From Octopus vulgaris (Eukaryota), in contig OX597819.1 in the NCBI GenBank assembly GCA_951406725.2, forward strand, positions 62,744,001 to 62,808,000: a stretch of 64,000 nucleotides of DNA, written 5' to 3'. Position 1 is the first letter of the stretch; the number at the start of each line of letters is the position of its first letter. The position numbers were made by a program, and so were the translations under genes. This document shows positions 1 to 14,261 of the stretch, one piece after another. Under the pieces are notes generated by a model. The model saw only the letters and a program-made list of their open reading frames with translations, made no database searches and was not told the DNA's origin.

Positions 1-744
1 TGGAACAGTTGATTTTATCCGCAATTCGTCGAGCGGATTGATTAACTCCCCTAGGATACATATTGGAGTTTATCAGTAAATATATCTAAGATTCAATAAT
101 TCCATATCTCAAATTTATTTCTCATTTGGAATGATAAGTATACTTTTGAGTGAATGAAACTATCCGACATAAAAAAAATGTAAATAAAGGCTTCTTTAAT
201 TTGATATTAAATACATCAAGTTTTCTATGTCGAACCAGTTTGTAAATTGAGCACTTAAGTATCTATTACGTACCATACTTGTTTCTGTTACAAAAAGAAA
301 TATAATATCAAAAGCGAAAAAAAAAAATTCAAAGTAATTTTTTTAACGATACGATTGCTTGGATTAAAAGGAAATCTGTTTGATATGTCATGTGCCCTTC
401 AATGCAGTTTGAATGCTAAAGATTCAGTTTCGCTCAGGGACATCCACAGATTCTGTATTTTAAAAGTTTATGCATCAAATTCCAACCCAAATAGATCTTA
501 AGAGGTGATGTTATTAATACTAGAAAACAGTCGACAGAATAATGATGAAGCCTAAAAAGAAAAAGGCAAATACCATTAACTGTTTTTTTTTAAAATATGT
601 CTTTGACTAATATGGATGAATCTAATCAGAAAGAATTCTCTACATGTTACCCACCGCGAATAATGTTATAATGCCCTCTGTATGCATGTTAAAAAAGCTT
701 ATGAGAAAAAACATTATATCCACAAACTATCGAACAGCTTAAAT

Positions 745-891
745 AATTATTTACATTATTTACATTTGACAGATGCTTCTCCTCATCTTGTTTGTTGTTA
801 ACACAACGTTTCGGCTGATATACCCTCCAGCTTTCATCAGGTGTCTTGGGGAAATTTCAAACCTGGGTTCTCATTCCTAAGGTATTTTTCG
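745..891 (-). mobile_element. Inverted arm of hammerhead-bearing repeat (Penelope pLTR-like fragment)
   Basis: Reverse complement of 1064-1210; contains an HHR-like core on the minus strand. Confidence 0.7.
800..845 (-). ncRNA. Minimal type-I hammerhead ribozyme-like motif (family H1)
   Basis: Minus strand reads GACAC-CTGATGAA-AGCTG-GAGGGTATAT-CAGCC-GAAA-CG-TT-GTGTT: helix I GACAC/GTGTT, helix II, and palindromic AACGTT in place of helix III. Confidence 0.65.
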
Positions 892-956
892 CGTAGTGTT
901 TAAGAGCGTGGGCTGCTAACCCCAAGATTCCGAGTTCGATTCCAAGCAGTGACCTC
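891..956 (+). mobile_element. tRNA-derived SINE head (tRNA-Ser(GCT)-like loop CTGCTAA) followed by (AAT)n
   Basis: A-box-like TAGTGTTTAAG and B-box GAGTTCGATTCC; related copies at about 16664-16724 and 18541-18579. Confidence 0.65.
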
Positions 957-974
957 AATAAAAATAATAATAAC

Positions 975-1042
<68 letters not shown>

Positions 1043-1060
1043 TAATAATAATAATGATAA
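957..1060 (+). repeat. (AAT)n microsatellite linker
   Basis: Direct reading. Confidence 0.95.
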
Positions 1061-1063
1061 CAT

Positions 1064-1245
1064 CGAAAAATACCTTAGGAATGAGAACCCAGTTACGAAA
1101 TTTTCCCAAAAGACCTGAAGAAGGCTGGAGGGTATATCAGCCGAAACGTTGTGTTAAGAACAAACAAGATGAGGACAAGTATCCGTCAAATGTAAATAAT
1201 GTAAATAATTTACATACTTCCTCATCTTTTAAATATCGAACGGCC
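1064..1245 (+). mobile_element. Hammerhead-bearing repeat tail (H1 family; HHR at about 1110-1155)
   Basis: CTGAAGAA-GGCTG-loop-CAGCC-GAAA-CG-TT-GTGTT; homologous to 17316-17497. Confidence 0.7.
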
Positions 1246-2624
1246 TTAATAATATTGCAAACCTAGTAGAAATAATATTTTAGATATTTCTAATTCATTT
1301 TGTCTAAGAAAAAAAAATTCCAACGATGTTTCTAAATATGGTAAGGAAGCACTGAGTTGAAGGCCTATTCAGGAACAATCGAGTAATTATTAACATCGCA
1401 CACTTTGAGATAGAAAGAGAATTTGTAATTTGCTTCAATTTACTATGTAATTTAAAAGTATACACATGTGTGGCAAACGTTATTTTGGAATATTTACTTA
1501 ACATTTCCCCTCGAATAAAAGCTCTAAAAAAAATTCTGACTTCATAGAAAACTCATTAAATTCAAATTGTCAGAATTGCAAACTTATTTCTCCAATCCAA
1601 TGGTTCCAACTTGAAACTGTACCAATTCCAGCAATTCCCTGCATGAAAGTAATTATAAACCAAAGAATTAGTTTAAGGTCCTTGTATTGATAGTTATTTA
1701 ACTTCATAATATTATGTCAACAAATTATTATTTAATCTCAAATTTAATCAACATACCTCTAGCATTCATAACTACAACACAAAGGCAAGTATCCTTTGAA
1801 GGTAAATGATATTATACGCATGTAATCTTCATACAAGATTCTATTAAGCCTTTGTGTAAGTGTGATGATAAGAATGAATCAAAAAGCTCTACACAGAACA
1901 GCCGTACAGGTGGAGAAAAGGATGAAACAAAAGATGAAAGAGGAAATAATGATGGAAAAGTGCGTGACGCACAGAAAGGCAAGAAAGTGCCTTAGGTATT
2001 TTAAGATAGGAAAACAAGAGGAATGACAGGACGAGAGAAGGCAACTCTGAAAAGAGGAAATAATTAAGATATCTAATATCATAGCAGATAAAAATATTCA
2101 GACCACTGGGTTTCAATGAATACATTCACATCCGCGCACACACATGCACACACGTATACACACACACACATGCAAAATGAAAGAAAAGTTTTGAAACGAA
2201 CATCGCTCATGCGGCATATCAATAGTTAACGTTATATTCATAAAGTATTGTAATAAGCGTAACTGTTCTAACTCTCTGAGACATAAAGGACGATTATAAT
2301 GTTGTCAGTTTGATACGAACGAACGAGCAGGGTTCGACAAAAACACACGTCAAATAATTGTTTCTAATTCAGGTACAGGGACAGAAATTTGCAGAGAGTA
2401 GGTTAGACTATTATATCAGACCTCGATCTTCGCTGCTACTTGACTCAGGAAAGATGAAAGCAAATTTAGCTTTAGTGACATTTGAACTCAGAACGTAAAT
2501 CCCAAAGAAAGGTTGCAAGGCATTTCCCCCATTTTAATACTTTGCATGTACTACGTCATCGCGCTGTTATTTTCTTTACTTGTATTTTTTCTTCGTTTTT
2601 TTTTTGCATTATATATATATATAT

Positions 2625-3040
2625 ATTTCTTTACTGCCCAAAAGGGGCTAAACATAGATGGGACAAACAAGGACAGACAAAGGGATTAAGTCGATTACAT
2701 CGACCCCAGTGCGAAACTGATACTTTATTTATCAACCCCGAAAGGATGAAAGGCAAAGTCAACCTCGGCGGAATTTGAACTCAGAACATAAAGACGGACG
2801 AAATACCTATTTCTTTACTACCCACAGGGGGCCAAACACAGAGGAGACAAACAAGAACAGACAGACGGATTAAGTCGATTATATCGACCCCAGTGCGTAA
2901 CTGGTAATTATTTAATCGACCCCGAAAGGATGAAAGGCAAAGTCGACCTCGGCGGAATTTGAACTCAGAACGTAACGACAGACGAAATACGGCTACGCAT
3001 TTCGCCCGGCGTGCTAACGTTTCTGCCAGCTCGCCGCCTT
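2625..3040 (-). mobile_element. tRNA-derived SINE family A with partial tandem duplication (2625-2807 / 2808-3040)
   Basis: Minus strand GGCGGCGAGCTGGCAGAAACGTTAGC...GTTCTGAGTTCAAATTCCGCCGAGGTCGACTTTGCCTTTCATCCTTTCGGGGTCGAT; many copies in the window. Confidence 0.85.
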
Positions 3041-3169
3041 AATGGCTTATAAATACTAATAAAAAAAAAGACTTATAATACAATAGAAAATTCAAGACCA
3101 AGACGACAACACTGCACATATGAAATGTCCATAAATCCGTGCACGATAGTGTAGCGAAAGTAACATAGC

Positions 3170-3202
3170 AATAGCAGTAGTAGTAGTGGTGGTGGTAGTA
3201 AA

Positions 3203-3255
<53 letters not shown>

Positions 3256-3257
3256 AT

Positions 3258-3319
<62 letters not shown>

Positions 3320-3359
3320 TAATAACAATAGTAATAATAATAATGATGATGATAATAAT

Positions 3360-3425
<66 letters not shown>

Positions 3426-3500
3426 TGTGAGTTGATAACAATATTACTAATGATGGCGATGATGATAATAATATCAATGATGAAGATGAAGATAATAATA
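3170..3500 (+). repeat. Compound (TAG)/(TAC)n/(AAT)n microsatellite
   Basis: Direct reading. Confidence 0.95.
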
Positions 3501-4150
3501 ACAGAAAAATAATTTTTCAGCAAGCGAACGGCAAAATGAAACAAAAACAGCGAGAACAATAGAAAAATCTAAAGAAAACACGACCAATAAAACCAAAAGA
3601 AAAAGAAAAAGAGAAGAGAAGAAATGAAATATTAAGCGGATTAGATATCTTTGACAAAACATTCTCAGTAGAATCGATCTTGCATCGCTAGATTGAATGT
3701 TTGCTGTAATCCTTCGGAGTTTGTCAATCGAAATGTCAATGAGATCCTGTGTAGTTTAGCAAGTCCTCTCTTGGTGTATCTGTTTGTGCGTGAGCATGTG
3801 AGTATGTGTGTGCGTGTGTATGTGTGTGTGTGTGTGTGTACGTGCTTGTGTGTGTGTGCACTTATGTGTATGTGTGTGCGTGAGCGTGTGTATGTATGTG
3901 CGTCTGTGTGTATGCGCATTTGTGTATAGGGCACCATGGTTTCGTATATAACATCATGACGCACACATTTCTCTAGCTGTATGCCACACATGTGTATATT
4001 AATATATTTGTAGATGCATACATTCATACATGCACATACATATGGACACACACATACACACACATATACACACATAACTACACATACTTATGCATGTATG
4101 TTGATATACACGAATATATACATATACAAACATATAGATATAAATACATC

Positions 4151-4197
<47 letters not shown>

Positions 4198-4253
4198 GTA
4201 TGTATATATATATATATATATATATATTATGCATATATGTATATATATATATA

Positions 4254-4304
<51 letters not shown>

Positions 4305-4364
4305 AATATATATATATGAATCTATCTATCAATCTGTCTATCTATCTATCTATCTATCTATCGA

Positions 4365-4410
<46 letters not shown>

Positions 4411-4418
4411 GCTCTCTA

Positions 4419-4455
<37 letters not shown>

Positions 4456-5026
4456 ATCTATCTACACCTCTATATGTACACCATAACTGCACAAAACTAT
4501 ACACACAGACATATGTACACATATATACCGTCACAGGCACACGCACACTCTTTCTATACATGAATACAGAAATACATACATCCGCAATATAAAATAAATA
4601 TTAAGTAAGAGGATCCTCCGTCGGTTGCGCGGGTGAGTACTCCAGTTGCTGAACTACTGAAACATTTCATTAATGTTGAATTGAACATGTATGCTATAGG
4701 TCCTTTGACCCTTAATGTAACACTTGGCCGGAATAATTGTGGCACACGTGTCATCATGTAACTATGCGTAACAAAGCTGCCCTTTTTTAATTACTGGTAC
4801 TGTCTGTCTAACGATTTGTTACATGGTCTAGATATGTGAGTTAAAGACTTTAATAACTGTACACACACACACACACACACATCCACGCTCGCTTACTCCT
4901 ATACACAATTATGTACAGTCATATATGCACATGCTTTTCTTCCCTCTGTAAACTGAATAACTATACAAATTCCTTCTCATACATTTACGGAAGCGCCGTC
5001 AGATTTTTGCTGATTCCACATAAAAG

Positions 5027-6847
5027 ATGCACTGGTGACGATTCGACGTAGAAATGCTCTGGTACTGGTGCCACGTAGAAAAGCACTGGTTCTGGTTTCA
5101 CGCAAGACAACACCGGCGGTGCTGCCGCGTTAAAAACCCCGGTGCTGGTGCGACGTAAAAAGTACTGGTGCCACTGACACATTAAAAGCACTGGTGCTTG
5201 TGCCGCGTTAAAAGCATTGGTTCTGGTATCACGTAAAAAGAAAAGAGACTGGTTCTGTTTTCATGTAAAAAGAAGCACTAGTGTTCCCTGCTTCCTCATT
5301 GGAGGAAGAGAGGGAGGAAGTCGAAGAGGTGGAAATATCCTCGAAAAAGGGGGAAAAAAAACCGAAAGGTGGGCAACAATGGTTGCCCACAGAAAGATCC
5401 AAAGGCTGCGGGAGGATCTGCAGGATGATTCAGACAAACACCAACCTCCCGTGGCTCAAGGAAAAAAAAGGAAAACAAAAGAGAAACGAGACATTGCCGG
5501 CGGTTTGTGATACACTGCCGGCGTGTCCCGAAGTACCTTCCGTGGGAATTGCGCCACCGAAGTTAGAAACTGTTGATCCCTCCCATGCTGTGCAGTGGGA
5601 GTTTGTGGTCCTCTTCCATAAGAGAGGGACAATGGAGAACTTCATGAAGAAGTTTAAAAGGAAGGGCCGAAAGGAGGGGATCCTGTCCTGTACGGAGGCT
5701 CCTGACTGGCCTTCTCAAGAGGTCATATGGGAAACGGGTCTGTGCAGGATAATGAACTTCCCGGCGGACACTTTTAATTTTGTATTGAGGCGGCCCGACT
5801 AGACACCGTCCAGGTGTTTGACCAAGGCGAGAGGTCTGGTCGGGCTGGATGATTTATAATCAATTAAAGTAAGTGGCTTGGTGACTCATTTGTATTGTAT
5901 TATTATTGACTTTTTGACTTGTGTAAGAGGTTACTGCCTCACAATGGCTTTCTTGTAAGAGGTTTGTTGCCTCAATAAGTATTTATGACGAACAATGTGT
6001 TCGGGTAAACAGCAATCGGCGGGTGTTGCTGTTACCCTCATTATTGTCATATCGTCTATCATTTCATCTCATTATGTCCGTGTCTAGCCCGCTGCTTCCT
6101 TTCTTTGTAAGCCTTTGTGGCCAATGGAATGAATAAAAGAAGCACTACTGTTGAATCCACGTAAAAAGCACTGGTGCTTATTCCTAGTAAAAAACGCTGG
6201 TGTTGGTGCCACGTTCAAAGCATTGGTTCAGGTGTCACTTAAAAAGAAAGCACTAGTGGTGTGATACCACATAAAAAAAAGCATTGGTGGTGGTGCCGCG
6301 TTAAAATCCCTGGTGCTGGTCAAGCGTTAAAAACATTGGTTCTGGTGTCGCGACAAAAAGAAAGCACTAGTGCTGCTTCCACGTAAAAAGAAAACACTGG
6401 TGCTAATTCCACATTAAAAGCACAGGTACTGATGCCAAGGAAAAAAAAAAAACACTGGTCCTGATTCTGCTTAACAAAGCACTGGTGGTGCTGCTACGTT
6501 CAAAGACCTGGTGCTGGTGCAACGTTAAAAATATTGGTTCTGGGGTCGCGACAAAAAGAAAGCACTAGTGCTGCTTCCACGTAAAAAAGAAAAACACTGG
6601 TGCTGATTCCACATTAAAAACACAGGTACTGGTGCCAAGGGAAAATAAAGACACTGGTGCTGATTCTACTTAACAAAGCACTGGTGGTGCTGCTGCGTTA
6701 AAAGCCCTGGTGCTGGTGCAACGGTAAAAGTACTGGTGCTACTGACAAGTAAAAAGAAAAACACTGATGTTGATGCCACGTAGAAAAGCACTGGTGCTGA
6801 TGCCAGGTAAAAATAGCACTGGTGCTGGTGCCACTTAAAAAGCACCC
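5027..6847 (+). repeat. Degenerate ~23-28 bp minisatellite (AAAAGCACTGGTGCTGGTGCCACGT) interrupted by an 854-bp insertion
   Basis: Dozens of imperfect units at 5027-5280 and 6135-6847, running into a SINE-like segment at 6847-6995. Confidence 0.85.
5281..6134 (+). mobile_element. 5'-truncated ORF1-only non-LTR retroelement with 13-bp TSD AAAAGAAGCACTA
   Basis: TSD at 5268-5280 and 6135-6147; AATAAA-type 3' end; ORF 5281-5802 shares motifs with the 46114-47119 element. Confidence 0.7.
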
Positions 6848-7073
6848 ATTATACACACAGTAAATTAGTTTGCGTTACTAAGCATCCAGTAGAAGAAAAC
6901 ATGCCAAAACGGACAAGAGAGCCTAGTAAGGAAACGCGGATTCCAGTGCTTGTCAAACCATCCAACGCAGGCCAGCCAGAAAATCGGATGTTAAAGGATG
7001 AAGAAGACGATGATGACGATGGTGATGATGATATGATAATAATAATGACAATGATGATGATGATGATGATGAT

Positions 7074-7132
<59 letters not shown>

Positions 7133-7162
7133 TTTAAATCTGCCGGTGTTTTTGTGTAGATT

Positions 7163-7298
7163 GGTGCAGGCGTAGTGGTAGAGTGCTTTTCCATTGCAGG
7201 CCACGTTCGGCAAAGGCAAATGTCCTTCACTATAGCCTCAGGCCCACCAAGGTTTGTCAGTGGATTTGGTAAAAAGGGAATCAAACAAGCCTGTCGTA
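7163..7298 (+). mobile_element. SINE family B (degenerate)
   Basis: CTATAGCCTCAGGCCCACCAAGG...GTGGATTTGGTA core shared with 8218-8605. Confidence 0.6.
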
Positions 7299-8145
7299 CA
7301 TACATATATACATACATACATACATACATATATACATACATACATACATATATATATATGTGTGTGTATATGTATTTATATCTACATATATCTATCTGTC
7401 CACACACACACACACACACACAAACACAAACATACACACACATATAAGCATGTGTGTGTATGTATATAATGTATATATATATGTATATATAACATGGTGG
7501 CTGCCCCCTTGTTATCGAGTATGGCCATTGCACGAAGCTTAATCAATGTTGTTATCGTGCAATGCCTGTGCAAGAAAATTTATTTTAAGTGAGGAAAGGC
7601 TGTGCACTGAGTCAATCCCACACACGAAGCATCAGCAGCCATAATTCGTAAAGAAGAACAAGTCAACATCATCGGTAACCACTGAGCTGCAAGTTTTATG
7701 TCGGAGTTATCCCAGTTACCTGAGCTACATTCTCCTAGAAGGTTGCCCTAACAAGGGCTAGAAGTCCTTCACTCCCAATGGTTTAACCGAGCGATCGGGT
7801 ATTCAGTCCGATTATTTCTATGTTCCCGCGCATGATACAGCCTTAAGACATTTATTAGATGGCCGTTGACTCTCAAGAGTTCCTCCGCCCTTTGACGGAT
7901 TTTGTTTTTCATCAAGCAGGGTGTCCAATAAACACCGTCCTCACCAAGCAAATTTGGTGGGGTTGCCGGTTTAGTCGCGACGACCCGACCATGCAACAGG
8001 TTGTACTGGGTTACATGTTACCAGTAGCACTTGAAAGTGACTTGACATAACATATATATATACATACATGCAGATATGAGTACAGAACGTCACCAACGGT
8101 GCAGATACCATGAAATACGTAAACAACGAGAAAGATATGGAATAT

Positions 8146-8217
<72 letters not shown>

Positions 8218-8219
<2 letters not shown>

Positions 8220-8605
8220 CGTAGGAGTGTATGTGTGATAAGTAGCCTGCTTATCAACCACATGGTTCTGGGATCAGTCCACTGCGTGGCATCTTGAGCA
8301 AGTGTTTTCTGCTATAGCCTCAGGCCGACCAAATCCTTTTTAGTGGATTTGATAGACGGAGACTGAAAGAAGCGTGTCGTTGATATATATATATGTGTAT
8401 ATGTTTTTGTGTTTGTATTTGTCCTCCCCACCATCGCTTAAAAACCGATGTTGGTGTGATTCGGTCCCCGAAACTTAGCGACTCGCCAAATAGACCGATA
8501 GAATAAGTTCTAGGCTTACAATGAATAAGTTGTGGGGTTGATTTGTTCGTCTAAAGGTGGTGCTCCACCATGACTGAAAGAAATAATAGAATAAAGATAT
8601 AAAAG
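8218..8605 (+). mobile_element. tRNA-derived SINE family B
   Basis: Head GGCGTAGGAGTG..., CACATGGTTCTGGGATCAGTCC, core CTTGAGCAAGTG, A-rich tail; homologous to 56249-56660 and 45745-46113. Confidence 0.8.
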
Positions 8606-8651
8606 AATGTACATATACATATATATATACATACATATATATACACATATA

Positions 8652-8692
<41 letters not shown>

Positions 8693-8763
8693 CTATTCTT
8701 ATATATATATATATATGTATTTCTATAACTGTCTATCTATGTATATATATGTATATATATATA

Positions 8764-8799
<36 letters not shown>

Positions 8800-8832
8800 C
8801 ACATACACACATATATATATACATATGTATGC

Positions 8833-8866
<34 letters not shown>

Positions 8867-9444
8867 GTATATATAGATATATACATATATATGCATATAT
8901 ATATATATATATACATACACACTATTATATCTATACACATGTATATATGCGCATGTACATAATCATCATGTATATATATTGTCTCTCTCTCTCTTTTCCT
9001 CTCACTCTTTTCCTCTCTCTCACTTTCTTTCTCGCTATATATATATATATTCACACCTAGGAAATCACGTTCTTTCTTCATAAAACACAACGATCAGCCA
9101 TAAGAATATACCGGTGTACACATTATTGTCTATACTTCACGATAGCTAAGAAGACATAACAAAACAATACACAGACACAGTAAATGTAGCGGTGAAACGC
9201 ATTTGCTTACCATCTCGATTAGAAACGGTCAGGTTCGCTCACGCACACAAAACTATAATATCCTTCTCTTTATCTTCCCGTCTGTCAGTCTCCCTATTTC
9301 CCCCCTCTCTCTCTCTCTATCTCTGTGTCCTCTAACAATATATGTACAAAATCTTTATCCCAATTATATTAATACACATAATTGCATACATTTTGTATGT
9401 GTATGTACTCTTGTGCAGATACATACTTGAAGACTGCTGCCTAT

Positions 9445-9480
<36 letters not shown>

Positions 9481-10116
9481 GTGTGTGTGTGTGTGATTAT
9501 GTACACATACATATGCATACCTATCTACATAAACGCACATAGCAAAACAGTTACATACACGAAGCCTTTTCTGTCTCTCAAAAGTCCAATACCAGCACTT
9601 GTATACACATATAGCTTCTCGTTTTCCATAAATTCAAATGCTCACATTCCCACTTGCATACACACACACTGATGGACTCTAAAAATCACACACACACACA
9701 CAAACACATATACACACACACACTCGCATATATTCACACTTCAATACGCCACCAGCTACACATTTACATGTGCACACTGACTTCCTTTTATTGACTTTAC
9801 CTACACACTGTCTATTACCTTATCCCGTCTCATACTCACATATCTGGACCATATCACACACACTCTCACGCACACACATATAATACATTGTTATATCTTG
9901 CTTAACAAACACACAACCGCTTATAGCCACGCGCTCTCTATACTCACAACATACAGACATCTTCTATTTCATAATGACAATAATCACGTGCGCATACACA
10001 CGCTCGCACACACACATACACACTCACACACTAACATACACTTAGTCACATATATAAAGAGATACATTCGTTCAATGGTACGTACATGCCCACATAAACG
10101 TATACTATACGACATA

Positions 10117-11399
10117 CAGATGGTGGACAAAATGGAAACATCTTAAATTTAAAAAAAAGAAGCAATTTTAATATGGGGTAGGACTGCCTTTTGTAATAAT
10201 TACAATTTGAATTCTATGAAGTATGGACTCGTACAAAGTTTGAATTGTTTCCAAAGGAATTTTTGTCCATTCTTCAGCTAAAACAGTCTCCAGTTCTTGT
10301 AGTGATGATGGTGGAGAATATCGACTCCTTATTTGTTTTTCTCAAATGCACCATAAATATCTCAATATTATTGAGATCTGGGGACTGTGGTGGCCAGATA
10401 AGATGTTCAACTTCACTAGAATGTTCCTCGTGCCATTCAGTAGCAACATTAGCTGTGTGAATTGGTGCATTATCATCCTGAAAGCTTGTCCCCCCCCCCC
10501 CGGAAACAGTTCTGCAATCGTAGGATGGATTTGATCAGATAAAATGCTTAAATAGTCTTGACTATTAATTCTACTATGAAGGGAAACCATTGGGTCGGCG
10601 GATTTCCAAGATATAGCCCCGCAGATCATCACAGATCCCCCTCCATGCTTAAGAGTTGGAAGAAGGCAGTCTGGGTCAAATGCTTCTTTTCGCTGTCTCC
10701 ACACGTATACTCGGCCGATGGTTGGAAATAAGGTAAAGGATGGCTCGTCCGAGAAAATAACGTTCTTCCACTGCTCTAGGGACAAATTCTGTTGGGTTTT
10801 ACTCCACTTTAAACCCTTTGCGACGTTTGTTTCTTGAAAGTAGTGGATTTCTGATTACAACCCTCCCATGAAATCCGGCTTTGTGCAGCTCCCGGCGAAC
10901 AGTTTTTGTGGAAACTGTGTTCTCGAAGTGGTCATTAAGCTCTGCAGTAATTTTGGGAGCTGTACTTTTGTGATCCTTTCTAAAAATTCGCGTAAGAGCT
11001 CGACGGTCCATATCTGAAAGTTTTGGTTTTCTTCTGGAGTTTTGTTTCAACGAGGAGGATTTTTTTTTTTCCTCTTTCTCAAAGGATGTAATTACTTTCG
11101 AAACAGTACTTCTTGATACACCAAACATATCAGCTGTTTTCGTTACACTAGCGTCTGCCATACGAGCACGGACAATTTGGCCTCTTTGAAAGTTCGATAG
11201 ATCCTGTCATTGTAATGAATTTTAATTAACTTTTTCTGATGATATCTGAAAAGAAACAACAATTTTAACAGAACATGTTAAGCAACACTAATAATAAATA
11301 AAAAAAAACAAAGATGAACAAGCTTTTCAAGGTTTTATAGACATTTCAAAATTATTATTCTATGATGCTAGGCGTTTCCTTTATTTTGTCCAACCCCGA
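10117..11399 (-). mobile_element. Tc1-family DNA transposon (decayed), TA-flanked with imperfect TIRs
   Basis: Left TA|CAGATGGTGGACAAAATGGAAACA; right GGCGTTTCCTTTATTTTGTCCAACCCCGA|TA; transposase inside. Confidence 0.9.
10220..11210 (-). pseudogene. Tc1 DD34E transposase, frameshifted
   Basis: HTH region FQRGQIV..SVTKTADMFGVSRSTVSKV, VSTKTVRRELHKAGF, WKNVIFSDEPSF, VMICGAIS, FQDDNAPIH, WPPQSPDLN spread over several frames; 3' end approximate. Confidence 0.9.
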
Positions 11400-11409
11400 T
11401 ATATGTCAT

Positions 11410-11662
11410 ATCAAATCCCACTTCGGTCATGAATGACCATATGATTTCACCTAGAGAGTTCCTCTCCGAGGGACAAATCCAAGCAAGGGTGTTTATGGAA
11501 GACCTGAAGTCGCCCATGCATACCAGCCTCTCCTCTTCACGTCACCGATGTTATCCCAGGGAAAGGCAAAGACTGATGAAGCTTGACACCTGTGACGTCA
11601 CAACCCATTTCTTCAGCTGAAGGACCGGGAAATGAACTCTCTACCACATGATTGTGAGCCCG
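11410..11662 (-). mobile_element. SINE family D (inverted relative to 30487-30832)
   Basis: Reverse complement shares CAGCTGAAGAAATGGGTTGTGACGTCAC...CTTCCATAAACA...CATGACCGAAG with 30613-30815. Confidence 0.7.
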
Positions 11663-11859
11663 ACAACAGATACATTCATTCAACCAGTATTGACTGTATA
11701 CGCACGTGTACGTACATGAAATCGAACATATACATTCAGTATATAATAGCATTAGATAAATATTTATTTACACCAAAATGGTTGCCCTTGTGTACACACA
11801 TACGCGCAGTTATATTTATAACTCACAAAGTTTCATCTGTACATACATACATACATACA

Positions 11860-11932
<73 letters not shown>

Positions 11933-12619
11933 GCATATGTATGTATATATATATATATATATACATAAACAAATATTGAATATGTGTGTTACTGTGCGTG
12001 TATGTCTGTATGTGTATATATGTATATGTATTTCTATATACCATATTGGTAGTTCAGAGACGCATGCATGTAAGTACATGCACAGATTCACGCTCATAAA
12101 CACACATACACACACTCATATACATAAACTCTGCCCTATATCTCATAACAATCGTTGCCCACACACACACACACACACACATACACACACTTCCTCAATA
12201 AAGGTTTACAGTTTGCAGTTTACACACAAGCGGCATCACATTAACAAACAAACAAAGCACAATGTACAAAAACTTTATGCCTAAAATAAAGACGAACATG
12301 ACGTCAGCATAGGTGATTGTGACGTCAGACGTTATTTGCATATACTTAGCGGCCATTAAATATGTCCGCTTAGAAACAAAGAAACCAGTGCTGTTTCTAT
12401 TTAGCTTTACTATATTCAAATATACTATTTTGTTGTTGAAATTATTGTTGTAGCTGGCGATGTTCAACTTCCTATGCACGTTGTGGTTGTTGCTGTTGTT
12501 ATTTTTAATGTCCATCACGATGTTAATGTTTTCTCATTTTGTTATTATTTTTAATGTTCGTTTCGTTGTCGATAATGTTTCTCTTGTTCTTCTTGTTAAT
12601 GTTCCTTTTGTCGCTGTAA

Positions 12620-13446
12620 AACTTGCTGTTGTTGTTGTTGATGTTGTTGTTCACATTGGCGGCGGTGGCGGCGGTGGCGGCGGTGGCGGCGGCGGTGGTA
12701 ATGTCCCTTCATTTTCTCGTGCCTATTGTTTCTGCTGTTTCAAACTCTTGTTGTTGGTGTTGTTGTTGCTTATGCTGCGTTGTTTGTTGATGTGCCCATT
12801 GTTGCTTCCTGTTTTAGTGGTTGTTAATGAGGCTGTTGTCGCGTTGTTGTTGTTGTTGTTGTTGTTGTTACTGCTGCTGCTAGTGCAGCTGCAGCTGCTT
12901 CATCTGTTGTTGCTGTAATTGTTGTTCTTGTTAGTGTTTTTGTTGTCTTTGATTATCTTAGGTTCTCGTTGACAGACGAATTTGAAGTCATTGTTGATGC
13001 TGTGTCAGTTGTTGTTGTTGTTATTGATGATAATGATGATGATGATGATGATGTTCATGATGATGACGACGATAATGGTGATGATGATGGTAATGATAAA
13101 GATTGATGAGAACAGATGACGATAATGATGCTGATGATGATAACAGCGACGATGTTCGTGACGATGAGTTTGACTATTTTGACGATGACGATAAACGATG
13201 CTGATAATGATGATGATGATGATCAAGAGGAGAATGATAATAATAATGATGTGGACGATCATGGTGATGACGATAGGGATGACGATGAAGGTGATGATGA
13301 TGATATTTATGACGATCATGATGATGATGATGATGATGATGGAGGTAGTGGTGGTAACGAGGGAGAGGGAGAGAAGTTGAACGGTAATGGTAGTGATGAT
13401 TTTCATGATGATTATGATGATGATGATGATGATGATGATGGTGATA

Positions 13447-13481
<35 letters not shown>

Positions 13482-13680
13482 ATTGATGACGATGATGAAG
13501 ATGACGATGGTGCTGATAATGCTGACGATGGCAGTGAGGAAAATTGTGGGGATAACGATGATAGTTGTGGTGGTGGTGGTCGTCGTGGAGGAATGATGGT
13601 GATGATGATAATGATGATGATGATGGTGATAATAACGATAATGACGTTGCTGTTGTTGTTGTTGTTGTTGATCGTCTGAT
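12620..13680 (+). repeat. ~1-kb compound trinucleotide tract (GTT/GGC/GAT/GAC)
   Basis: Direct reading; source of spurious poly-L/D/H/M ORFs. Confidence 0.9.
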
Positions 13681-13896
13681 AATGCTGTGAACGTAATAGT
13701 AGTTGTTAATGTTCATTTTGTTAGTGTTGCTCTTTAAGATGGTGAATGGCGGCGCCGTCACGAGAGTTTTGTTTTCCTTCCTTGAAATAAACTTTAAACT
13801 TTATAATAGTAATGTGGCTATGATTGTATGTATGCTTGTATATATGACTGATCTTCTTATGAACCTTCTCTCTATATATAATACATACATACATAC

Positions 13897-13956
<60 letters not shown>

Positions 13957-14211
13957 GTAAAGATAAATATATTAAGTATATACTATCTGGATGTATGTGC
14001 GTGTGTGTGTATATATATATGTATATATGTGAGTGTGAATGTGTTATACAGATGTCCCATAAGCAAGGTAACATATAGTGATTAATATAATAATACTAAG
14101 TGACACATCTTCTATGCTGCACTCTATATAATTTATTACTATGTATAAGGCTGAAAATACAAGTGCGTGTATGTATGTAGGTATACATATATGCATATAT
14201 ATGTATATATA

Positions 14212-14261
<50 letters not shown>

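Noticed and set aside
891-956. Functional tRNA-Ser gene
   Set aside because: No complete acceptor stem or variable arm; diverged multi-copy head running into (AAT)n, so a SINE head.
5027-6847. CRISPR-like array
   Set aside because: Units are contiguous degenerate tandem repeats with no unique spacers, no cas genes, and the context is eukaryotic.
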